Of a stretch of 35,047 nucleotides of DNA, positions 28,401 through 34,423 are shown in pieces. Source of the stretch: an uncultured bacterium (lineage in GTDB: Bacteria > DAOPZR01); assembly GCA_964637655.1 (NCBI GenBank), contig CAZWUZ010000008.1, positions 1 to 35,047 on the forward strand, written 5' to 3'. The notes beneath the pieces were generated by a model. That model saw only the letters and a list, made by a program, of their open reading frames with translations, did no database searches and had not been told where the DNA came from. The translations under genes and the position numbers were made by a program. Every line of letters starts with the position of its first letter. Positions within the stretch are counted from its first letter, which is position 1.

Positions 28401-31400
28401 TACCAGAATGCCGCCACCGGCGTCTATGCCGCCGATTCGCTGACCGTGATTGCGACGCAGACGTCGGACGACAGCTGGTCGTGGTCGTTCAACATCCAGG
28501 CGCTGAACCTGGCGGACGGGCGCTACAACTTCTACCTCCTTGCATGGGACAACCTGGGGAACGGCGGCGACACCCTCGACACGCTGGTCATCAACATCGA
28601 CAGCACCAAGCCGCAGGTCGAGGTGCTGAACATCCTCAACCACAGCAACCTGCCGTACGGCATGCCCGGCATGCTGCAGTTCACCGGTCTGGCGCATGCC
28701 ACCGGCAGGTTCCTCAGCGGCGCCAGCGTGGCTGACACGGCCAGCATCAAGTCGGTGGAAGTGTCGACGGACAACAGCACGTGGAGCACGCTGGTGTTCG
28801 GCGGCGACGGCCTCGACAACGACGGTGACGGTCTCACGGAAGAGGAACCGGGGAGCAGTTTCGGCACCAACGACGACTGGCAGTTTGCCATCGCCGGTGT
28901 GCCGGGCGACTGGTGGTATGACGACCTGACCGGCCAGTCGGGCGTGTACGAACCGGGCATCGATGACGTCTACCTCGGGGTCTACCCCGATACCGGGTAC
29001 TACAAGGGCTCCAATGCCGTGCTGTCGGCAGGCGCCAACAACGTTGCTGACGCGGTCTTCGGCGGCCGGCTCTACGCGCTGTACGACGAGGATATCAGCG
29101 ACACTGACCGCACGGACGAGATCGTCCGCTGGGTGCACTGGTACCGGCCGCAGACCATCGGCGACGTCACGCTCTACTTCCGCGTGACCGACAATGCCGG
29201 CAACCAGACGGTACTGCCATACACCTTCACCTGCACGCAGTCGGTGTCAGCGACGGTGACGGACTACACGCTGAGCGCCGCCCCGGATACCCGCTACCTT
29301 GAATCGCTGTCGGAGCCGAAGGCGGTGCTGGCGCTCAACATCAGCGACGGGGCGGGCGGCACGGACAAAATCGACACGCTTGCGGTGCGCCTGACCAGTG
29401 TCAGCGGCACGTTCCGCAGCAGTGACCTGGCCGCGCTGGCGACAAACGCAACCAGCGGCGTGATGCTCTATGCCGACAACGGCTCGGTCAACGGCTTGTT
29501 CGACGCTGCCGACCAGCCGGTGGCACTCGCCATCACGCCGGTGTGGGCCTCGGGTGCCGCTCTCGCGGCAGGGGCCTGTGACACGGTTACCTTCGTCTTC
29601 GCCAGCGGGCTGGACATTCCGGATGGCGACCTGACCGCCGATTCCGGTCCGGACTACTTTGTCGTGGTGCGCAGCAGCGGCACCATCGGCTACAAGGACG
29701 ACTTTACGGTCAGCATCCCGGCCGGGAATATCACCCTGCTGTCGGGGCCGCTGTCGGCGACCGGCACGACGGGGACCATCACGGCCAAGGTGCCGGTGAC
29801 GGTGACGCCGCTGGCGACGGGCACGACCTGGGTCGGGCGCAGCGACTCGCAGGCGGTGCTGGCGTTCGCGGCGACTGACAACGCGGCCGGCGCGCCGGTG
29901 TTGTCGCAGCTGACCCTGACCTTTGCCAATGTCGGCGGCGATGCGGCCTTCACGCCTTCCGACCTGCAGCCGGTTACGGCCCTGGGCAGTTCGGCCACCG
30001 GCGGGGTGGGCATCTACACGACCAACTCGGTCGGGTTCCCGGCCTGGTTGAACATCAACACCGTCACCTGGGTGGGCAACACCCTGGTGCTGACGCTGTT
30101 CGAGGACGGGGTGGTGGCCCACGGCACCGAGACCTACACGGTCTATGTCCGGCCGGGTGCGACCATCAGCGACAACGACGACTTCACCGTGGCGATTGCG
30201 TCCGACGGCATCCAGTTCACCGATGGCGGCAACCGCACCCCGGTCTGCACGAAAACCGGGACGACGGGCACGATTATCGCCGACGGCACGAATCCGTCGA
30301 TCAGCGGTGCCGGGGCGGTGCTGCTCAATAACCAGGTTGTGCTCGACAACCAGACAGAGACCGTGTACCAGTTCACCAACGTTACCGTGGCTTCGGCCAA
30401 GGTCCATGATGCCCTCTCCGGGTTGCAGGCCGCTTTCTCCCGGCTGGCAATCGATACCGACATGGTGGCACCGTCACCTGCCGGCGAGTATTATCATGAC
30501 GGCAACGGCACGCTGTTCTGGCTGAGCAATCCGTACGCGGAAACCCGCGCACTGACCACGGCGGCGGTGCAGACAACGCTCAGCCGGGTGGTGGAGGACG
30601 CTAATTCACTGGTTGTGCGCGACGGGGACTACCGGGATGTTACCGCTCTGCTGGGGGCGGCCGCGACACGCGGGTCTAACCGGGTTACCTTTACGAGCAT
30701 CAGTGTCGCCGACTCGGGGATTTACACATTCCTGTATGACCCGGTGGCGCTGGATACGCCTCCGGGCAACTACCTGGCGGTACTCTCCCTGATGGATGTG
30801 GCGGGGAACCAGTCGACGGAGACCTACCCGTTTGTGTTCAAGCAGGGTGACGTGGTCAATCCTGAAGTTCTTTCGCTCAATCCGGCCGGGAGCGACGTGG
30901 TCGGCTCGCTGAGCAAGGTGGCAATGCTGGTCTATGACGCGCAGGCGGGCATTGACTACAACCGTTCTACCCTGACGCTGACCGGTCCGCTGGGCGCCAT
31001 CAGCACCAGCAAGGACTTCAACAGCACGACGGGCAAGTTCGACGCGTTGCTCAATACGGCGCTGGCTGCAGACGGCACGGCGGATGGTACGTACCAGTTC
31101 GTATACCGCTTGTACGACAATGCCGGCAACCTGACCAGCGACACCATCAGTTTCACCTACAACTCGTCGCTGCCGCAGGTACTCAATGGCGTTGAGGATG
31201 CGGCGACAACGCGCAAGGCCGGGGACGTCATCACCATCAAGATAGGGTGTGTCGAGTCGCGCTCCGAGCGCAACCTGATGCTGGTCTCGGCGGGAACGGA
31301 CAGCTACGTGGTGCTTGACCCGCCGGATACGCGCTGGATGGCGGCGGATACCTCGCTGTACACCATGCGGACGGTGTCTTCAGCCTCCCAGACCTACAGC

Positions 31401-34400
31401 GATGCGTCCTCGTGGCGGCTTGATTACCATGCGGGGAGCAACCGGATGCGGGCGTATGCCCCGGCCGGGTCGAGCGTACGCGCTGTGCCTGCCGGCGACA
31501 GTTTGTCCGCGACCTACACGTACCCGTCAACCTACGGTGCGGCGACCGCGGACATCGGCCAGCTGATCCAGGGGATCACCCTCTACGACGACGGTGATTC
31601 GCTCATTGATGGCAGCGGGTCGGATGGCGGCGACGAGCGCCGGCATGACGGATATTACACCGGGCGCTACACCGTACAGCCGGGAATCAACACGACGGCG
31701 GCGGAAGTGACCGGTAAATTCAGCAACCGGGTCAATCAGGCAGCGGATGCCTTGACGTTTGGCTCTGTTTCCATCGACTCGCTGGAACCGGCGCTCTCGG
31801 GTCTGACGGCGTCCCCGGTGGTCTTCAATCCGCAGCAAAATGAGGTGACGCAGATCCGCTTCCGCGTCAACGAGGCCTGTGCGGCAATCACGGTCAACTT
31901 TACGGATTCCACCGGGGTGACGGTGCGCACCATTGCGCTGGGGAGCAGCACGCAGAATGAAATCACCCTGTCGTGGAACGGGCGGAACAATGTCGGACAG
32001 ATATTGTCGCCCGGGGTGTATCCGTACACGATTACGGTCAGCGACCTGCTGGGCAACAGCGCCTCGATCAACGCTTCGGTGACGATCTCCTACGTGACGC
32101 TGACCGTGGAGAACATCCGCCTGACGCGCAGTACCATGCTGCTGCCGATCAACGACGGGGTGGGCGACGTTACTCAGGTGTCGCTGGATGTCTATATGCG
32201 CAACGCCGATACGCCGTCGCTTTGGGCGATGGGCCTGACCTATGTCGACGATTCGCTGGGGACGGTGCTGACCGACAGTCTCGGCAGGGCCGTTCCCGGC
32301 GGCATGGATGCCGACGTCGAGCCGTATGCGCTGATCAACGTTTCTCTCTACCAGAGCGACGGGACGCTGGTTCGCGTTCTTGATAATGATTACACAGCCG
32401 GTGTGGATATGGACGATGTCTACTGCTTTGAAGTCGGGCCCGGGGACGACAATACGGGGAATGACTACGACAATCTGGTGCAACTCAGGGATGCGGCCAA
32501 CGGGGTCTCCGGTGACGGAATCTTCATGGGGACGTTGGCCTTTGAATTGATTACGGCGTTGCCGACCGAAGGCACCTACCTGCTGGTGGCGCAGTACGAA
32601 CTGGTGCGCAAGGACATTGTTCCCTCCGGTCTGACAGGGTACCATGCCAAACCGGGGTATATCACCGGCAAGCAGACGAACCCGGATAACCCGGCCTCGA
32701 CGGCAATCCGCGTTTCGACGCTTAATGCGCCGGAGGATGATGCGACGCCGCCGCAGGTGAGTCTGGTAAAAATCACGCAGAGCGGTGGTGACGAGGCAAA
32801 CATCACTGCGGCGACGCCGACCCTGTATCAAGGCGTTACGCGGGCCACCGTGATTCTCGACGACGGGTTTGACGGCTCCGGCCTCGATCTCGCCAATTCC
32901 ACCATCCGGATGAAGGGACCGAACAGCACCCTGCTGGCCGGCACGCAGAACAACGACGGGAGCAGCAGCATCTGGTGGCAACTGAGCAACACGGCGCTGG
33001 AACCGGGCGCGTACACGGTTGAGGTTGTCGGCAGGGACAATGCGTCGAATGCGGGGGCGATGTCGACCTATTCCTTCACGCTCGGCGACTTCCAGCCGCC
33101 GTCGGTCATCTCGTGGACGTACAACAGCGGCCAACCGCTGACCACCAATGCGCAGGTGGCGGCGACCATCAGCAAGGTGTCGGCAACGCTGCAGGACCAG
33201 GTGTATGGCGGCGGGTTGAATCTGGCTGCCTGTACCATCGGTCTGTACGATGCCAACGGCATACTGGTGAGCGGGGCGCAGAGCAGTGACAGCATTGCCA
33301 CCCTCACCTGGACGTTGAGCCCCACGCTGCCGCAGTCGACGCAAGTCGACAGCAGTTATCAGGTGCGGGTTGCCGCGGTTGACGCCAGTGGCAATGATTC
33401 GCAGTACACGCTCAACTTCACGCAGCAACGCCAGGCCAATGCCAGCAACATCACGCTGGCGGCTAACTCGTTCGGTTGCACCCCGGGGGTGATTTCTCCG
33501 AACGGTGACGGCCGGCAGGACGTGGCACAGATCTCGTTCATTGCCACCTCCTGTGACACCATCGTGCCGGTGCTGCAGTTCTTCAACGGCATCAATGCGT
33601 TCAGCACAGTTGATACCTCGGCCAGTGCGATGGGACGTCTTGATTCGACCGTGCTGGGCGGCGGTCTTTCGCGGTACAGCGTCACGTGGAACCCGGGCGC
33701 AGCGCTCACCGTCGGCGTGTACAACGTCGAGGTGAAACTGGGGAATCGGATCAACGGCAACATCGTGCCCTATCCGACAAGCCTGGGGTGGATTATCTGG
33801 GACACGCTCATCGACACGCCGTCCGTGACGGCGCCGACCGACAGCGCCACGGTAAGCAGCAACAGCCTGACGTACGCGCTGACCGTGGAAGGCACCTACG
33901 CCACCAGCGGCGACAGCGTGTACGTGCGGACGACGACGGCGGCGGGCGGGGTCACCACGACGGCGCTGGCCATCAGCGGCAGCGCCTACACGACCGCGGT
34001 GACCATCACCAGCGGCTGGAACACCATCGAGGTCTGGTCGGCCGATACCGCCGGCAATGTCAGCGGCATCACCACGCGACGGGTGCGCCTGGTCAACGGC
34101 TCGAGTGCCACCGACCTGACGGTCACCATCGGCAACGGCACCGACCGCGAACCGGTGCTCAACGTCGGGGAAAACCTGACCATTGGTTTGCCGTACGGCA
34201 CCACGGCCGGCGGGCTCAACATCTACTCGACCGACGGGCGCGTGGTCGGGAGCGTGCAGGCGGTGGACAGCGACGGTGACGGGTATGTCGACCGGGTCGT
34301 CTGGAACGGCACGGGCAACAACATCGTCGGTGGGGTACATGTCTTCAAACTGCAGTACACCTTGAACGGGCAGGTCTATGTGGAAACCTTCCCGCTGGCC

Positions 34401-34412
34401 ATCGTGCCGTGA
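16482..34412 (+). CDS. Giant secreted surface/adhesin-like protein, 5976 aa: ~11 acidic beta-repeat domains, FlgD-Ig and other Ig-like domains, vWA domain, Ca-binding-like loops, C-terminal sorting-like domain
   Basis: SD plus ATG; signal peptide (MKKMANYLWAQLLIMSIVLLTTGAAHA); SPNGD(G) FlgD-Ig motifs near 22640, 22960, 23620 and 33490, plus FNP...WNGRN near 31820; vWA DLVFFIDNTSSM...FTDGG (27720-28330); DGIDNDFDGVIDE and DGLDNDGDGLTEE; LYDDG...DGYYTG near 31580; tail IYSTDGRVV...WNG...GVHVFKL...LAIVP. Confidence 0.93.
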   Translation: MKKMANYLWAQLLIMSIVLLTTGAAHAGVNVSSITKVSSGSNIAMGGWATLFSFTVTNTDTANATFNTFNISVTPASVSSCSPPIVNVAISAGSPGINPQTAINMLSETITVGDVITDGSSTTYYIAVQAKGDGLQDEDKFTVTVSNFTFTRYTGPFTATRTQSYDLTVEMGFSAILGEGYYWTIPAHSHPVALFEFGDMSGSGQFVTSVDPPGGNTTINEFNLTIVDTDAVAKYAMLSAMGEFGNVSSGETIPNPTNIQLNDLYTSLVISNFKNIAIYEDVDGNHCWTPSDRIVGSPTITYGIDPLTGLHKINLKSTVAVPESDDDSTYLLCIATASGWGENKVGYGDEFSVYIDSIVMNTSHPVVDDSMSVAGGGDGEVKSGMLYTVVGPITTYSDSKFTPSIDGRALDVTRGVRMLDVFFGLPTEDPVTGNTNNTFLDFIPDAVLGIDATGGPSQPWLQEVSNWPAASSQALEQIRICFEHGGSRRFSPSDLRALTGDKHSGVQVYRDYNPPSGAGSDESRNGMLDPLDELIPIAVSDCIWTEFDTGAELKLVLDNGEKLPLTGWHSTYNTRLGASSTINNAGPDFFVTILLSEDADYGDSFTVRVPGGGLTFSNGTSNPTPKTLSVLSDTFLVSVPTMFYDMTEYWANPGEITERSEPYAVLGLNVSDTPTDTAYLKSVGIYIQNISGGTDFTVDDLMPLGDTIYSGVALYRDCDTHPQNTNGQFDPGIDICLPLNGTESWAFGQYNDHYNDHFTRLTVADSTFTSVPNDDLGANGGPDFFIVIRTSSTASNGHDFRVKMVDPAAVVFENASGAVSSISFHNADPATNGIIAYYDPTATYYAAGSLPPAWLVLESWDPAYTHDWWSFTSNTIRITAISALSIEDYTIPGQLVDVQSDAVPVFGINISDGTDGNELLTGVTVRVSDGGTAGNFTTSDLAALTSGLASGISLYQDNGDSHGIFDANDDIVQCGTLNWTANGEVTLAPTAGVAIPDDDSGNNAGADFFVVFRTSASINYLDDFVLSLVPRGVQTNLSYSDPTVTDTTHVLTCRVPTFLTDLTTSEQKIGASSDPFAVIGINMNDQLNNLADGQDTFAKLTVAFSNIGGDLAFTSSDLAALLNDTSSGISVWIDQGSNNVGSFDRNTDLMVPLTVAPVWSGIGDSLVVLLDIADQAIPGNDTGDNAGVDFYVVIRSSGSISYDDNFSVSVVPQGVEYFSGKSLKTLTTNSITSNAVTSTELTDLVGSGGAWIESHGDTLPIIGINVYDAPSGSEYISQITLRFRNTGTALGVFDDSDLAALSSDVLGGIQLYRDDGTTDGQFDAADSLIPLNGAQSFSPLGMASDSYQVTIMPFSTDDVQLPADNVTDGNVGPDFYIVVKTSSTMQYGDDFFVELEQNGISYSAGPAADTIATGVITCRVPTVITDLATETGSVYKRDNSDTFAILGINTWDNGRDVHLKTVKVTFTNVSGFTLSDLNVALYRDAGAANGVLDALDTPLLTTQSSNQNVLTLTLAATGTDSSVPNTDAGVDQGADFLVVIGTTGSANWKSGDRFTYAIAPGGLEFETAAQTITSQRSGYSANSIIGDITPPNFVSTTTTDADRVYRSGDTLTFTSKWTEAVTVVALFPDTTMVGSNQGNGNFYFSYPVPTPVTGLGDTQIWVIATDAQGNTVANNTYGVEFDTDGPSFVTWGWGDTPPIYSDGDTVTLYASFNADAGADAYGTDSIVVTADFSAVDSAFDTANVTVTRLAADRWKITYVISSGNTKADADTIHVRLLAHDYANYASDTGAWLKLDNTGPQITAVTWLPTTGDQNVRNSKVVHFTFNVNETTDTTRTVVDFGQVDAGYLAANVATVSPNGTFYDITYTVTAGNTRQDNEQIAVSITLYDAAGNMTTDSATVRVNLDNTNPSALITSPADSTAFNSSPISIFGTANDPDGNSAIDGKQASEVAAVRLRVIADTGAGLTVLPGYGDTTAFSTADTAAGELAYSKWQFVFRPTDTGTYYLSTVAVDQAGNPVAYASAFADTTVIRYLPAQADLLPPTISNLQASPSPFSPNGDGVKDTTYIQYSLSEQCATATITLKNSSNSTVRVLTGDTGAGANEVAWNGRHTDGYILPDGLYTFTVRAVDPGGNSAQLSGSVRIATALPTITSVSATPSEISPNGDGINENSTISFTVGNMASSELLGNLTYTKTAGSASVATTWANPVYTPVSPSKLALVTQEPFTYSVSVTVQGTDANGFAVSDQFTITANTAANTIITTDNGIAFQTVSSLSVANSGAATGDAFAYDAKLYTNVGSALLRVVDALGASVTSSVVLSPTFIGAGTYTGQWPAGAQADGVYTYQITVIDDFGNEAAASGNITCASTRIELSGVGATPYTTISPNGDLVRDNTFITYTINKPAQVTVQIFSGATAVTTLQADTTTRAAGTYAAQWDGDTNGILPSVASGEYTARVTAYDPALNESVLGEVTITVDNERPDTPVIISPRQEATGDGNSDGLPGIGGFDDDNDGAADAADPEVLAATTDATRDGIDNDFDGVIDEATETYVAAWDDNENGMHEEPYFVASTPVSVTGTAEANSTVTAFINGGSAGSATTDAFTSFTIANVALSEGLNRLTVRATDGAGNVGNVTTQQRIVLDSIEPAIDYVVAETTVIAAAETVRTTVTQFIVFLDDGALGSGVDWTNSSVTLYKDNAPQPVTVTAAYSVTYSRWCLTVVPTTALTSIGNNGNYELRVSARDRLGNSGTENFAFTYQNLTPVISTPATGTTVDNVSVSVTGQALATSSVYLQYSSDSGATWTSTDSVAAHATLNLFSKTLTLPAADGAYTLRAYSELAGAVSDYSNSVVVYLNRTFPTVAISSPADESDTNGYPMVITAQLTAGASPTYVRFGADLNGDGSSDTYYYDAVQPFQWLFYPPTPNREYTFRTWVSKGGDTGSASSAVDVMYDTVLPTVISVPSAGSYITDTPTYVEIIVSDTHSGADFTRTTLRLYQAGVQVSGGTVPVSATTLRLILAAPLATSGQCSIAYTVYDKAGNTRTGADTFTFVQLGDSSTTFYLVTTAGLSMAIDDGADTRYAIRSLWVNIPDPNAGNAIALYDAQGALVASDTTAGVAVDQFRSWGVNGNLTEGKYTIRVTQPDMLPNVAQVSFTLDTTPPTITTSPETGVYTSSIDPVYAYIADTATHGNYPSGADYYGCSITLTWPGGVEGPAGTVDAANGRVTLSSQVVATDGTEDGAASLTITAVDAVGNAAVRTVNFFYDSKDPAVRAADPYLYWTSTDTTQAYLTLSNGSITEQDVAVVAVALTDSWLDPAQTSVKLYNSSNTLVGGTAGRTGDTYYWRLSNPLNTVGEAGTYYLRLTAYDLAGNAITSQISFAYSPVDIERDIVDYATIEDTPSKTGVQTRQVEPDGDWLPVLRLRLRDTNLIAWLQGLRVDLVDSGTPGNLSSSDFTRRTAAAGSIVALYNDAGSRTGYFDAGDALVAANYLLPESGYDTAIIIAPTAPQQVLDTYTYFYVVLKGSRSMDFDDDFVVRVPQNGLFLNIGAKNDTASTNIYTANMPTFYNDLVTATPLNSNCSTAVIGISVHDNVGGNANAIQQVKVKFTGGPSFSQFDLAPLSNGSASGVSLYRDDGDGVWDAGDVFIAPSSVPTWSYPNIATLNFNNVFVGANVRGDSYFVVVRTSTSIQTGDTFQAIIPAEGLIFNNGERAEKGCTTAVITANADYDSPTGRFTGPANGSFLTNDAQVSQTKADLVFFIDNTSSMLGDITAVKNNITTFANDLATAGIDYQLSLYAYNDPGAAPPDTYVIYYGSTTDVNTFKGWVAQIDAHNGNAQDEMATEATVAALNTGADTAVPFRSGATKFFMYFTDGGVYDSVEGGPYTLDELPTLLNSNRVTPYFIYNPANPANPSGGGGLTAADEFEPIALATDAETANISTGIATILDNLAASISTKLSVSRLIGTAQDEGGAGLREVRLVYQNAATGVYAADSLTVIATQTSDDSWSWSFNIQALNLADGRYNFYLLAWDNLGNGGDTLDTLVINIDSTKPQVEVLNILNHSNLPYGMPGMLQFTGLAHATGRFLSGASVADTASIKSVEVSTDNSTWSTLVFGGDGLDNDGDGLTEEEPGSSFGTNDDWQFAIAGVPGDWWYDDLTGQSGVYEPGIDDVYLGVYPDTGYYKGSNAVLSAGANNVADAVFGGRLYALYDEDISDTDRTDEIVRWVHWYRPQTIGDVTLYFRVTDNAGNQTVLPYTFTCTQSVSATVTDYTLSAAPDTRYLESLSEPKAVLALNISDGAGGTDKIDTLAVRLTSVSGTFRSSDLAALATNATSGVMLYADNGSVNGLFDAADQPVALAITPVWASGAALAAGACDTVTFVFASGLDIPDGDLTADSGPDYFVVVRSSGTIGYKDDFTVSIPAGNITLLSGPLSATGTTGTITAKVPVTVTPLATGTTWVGRSDSQAVLAFAATDNAAGAPVLSQLTLTFANVGGDAAFTPSDLQPVTALGSSATGGVGIYTTNSVGFPAWLNINTVTWVGNTLVLTLFEDGVVAHGTETYTVYVRPGATISDNDDFTVAIASDGIQFTDGGNRTPVCTKTGTTGTIIADGTNPSISGAGAVLLNNQVVLDNQTETVYQFTNVTVASAKVHDALSGLQAAFSRLAIDTDMVAPSPAGEYYHDGNGTLFWLSNPYAETRALTTAAVQTTLSRVVEDANSLVVRDGDYRDVTALLGAAATRGSNRVTFTSISVADSGIYTFLYDPVALDTPPGNYLAVLSLMDVAGNQSTETYPFVFKQGDVVNPEVLSLNPAGSDVVGSLSKVAMLVYDAQAGIDYNRSTLTLTGPLGAISTSKDFNSTTGKFDALLNTALAADGTADGTYQFVYRLYDNAGNLTSDTISFTYNSSLPQVLNGVEDAATTRKAGDVITIKIGCVESRSERNLMLVSAGTDSYVVLDPPDTRWMAADTSLYTMRTVSSASQTYSDASSWRLDYHAGSNRMRAYAPAGSSVRAVPAGDSLSATYTYPSTYGAATADIGQLIQGITLYDDGDSLIDGSGSDGGDERRHDGYYTGRYTVQPGINTTAAEVTGKFSNRVNQAADALTFGSVSIDSLEPALSGLTASPVVFNPQQNEVTQIRFRVNEACAAITVNFTDSTGVTVRTIALGSSTQNEITLSWNGRNNVGQILSPGVYPYTITVSDLLGNSASINASVTISYVTLTVENIRLTRSTMLLPINDGVGDVTQVSLDVYMRNADTPSLWAMGLTYVDDSLGTVLTDSLGRAVPGGMDADVEPYALINVSLYQSDGTLVRVLDNDYTAGVDMDDVYCFEVGPGDDNTGNDYDNLVQLRDAANGVSGDGIFMGTLAFELITALPTEGTYLLVAQYELVRKDIVPSGLTGYHAKPGYITGKQTNPDNPASTAIRVSTLNAPEDDATPPQVSLVKITQSGGDEANITAATPTLYQGVTRATVILDDGFDGSGLDLANSTIRMKGPNSTLLAGTQNNDGSSSIWWQLSNTALEPGAYTVEVVGRDNASNAGAMSTYSFTLGDFQPPSVISWTYNSGQPLTTNAQVAATISKVSATLQDQVYGGGLNLAACTIGLYDANGILVSGAQSSDSIATLTWTLSPTLPQSTQVDSSYQVRVAAVDASGNDSQYTLNFTQQRQANASNITLAANSFGCTPGVISPNGDGRQDVAQISFIATSCDTIVPVLQFFNGINAFSTVDTSASAMGRLDSTVLGGGLSRYSVTWNPGAALTVGVYNVEVKLGNRINGNIVPYPTSLGWIIWDTLIDTPSVTAPTDSATVSSNSLTYALTVEGTYATSGDSVYVRTTTAAGGVTTTALAISGSAYTTAVTITSGWNTIEVWSADTAGNVSGITTRRVRLVNGSSATDLTVTIGNGTDREPVLNVGENLTIGLPYGTTAGGLNIYSTDGRVVGSVQAVDSDGDGYVDRVVWNGTGNNIVGGVHVFKLQYTLNGQVYVETFPLAIVP
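17050..30290 (+). repeat. About 11 copies of an ~170-190-aa acidic domain in the 5976-aa protein (protein-level repeat)
   Basis: Consensus V.GIN..D...L..(V/I).V.F...F..SDLA.L....SG(I/V).LY.D.G..G.FD..D...P.D..G...G.DF(F/Y)VV.R(T/S)S....Y.DDF.V...G. Seven copies lie in 17050-21240, two in 26625-27635 and two in 29250-30290. Confidence 0.85.
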
Positions 34413-34423
34413 GGAGGATGGCC

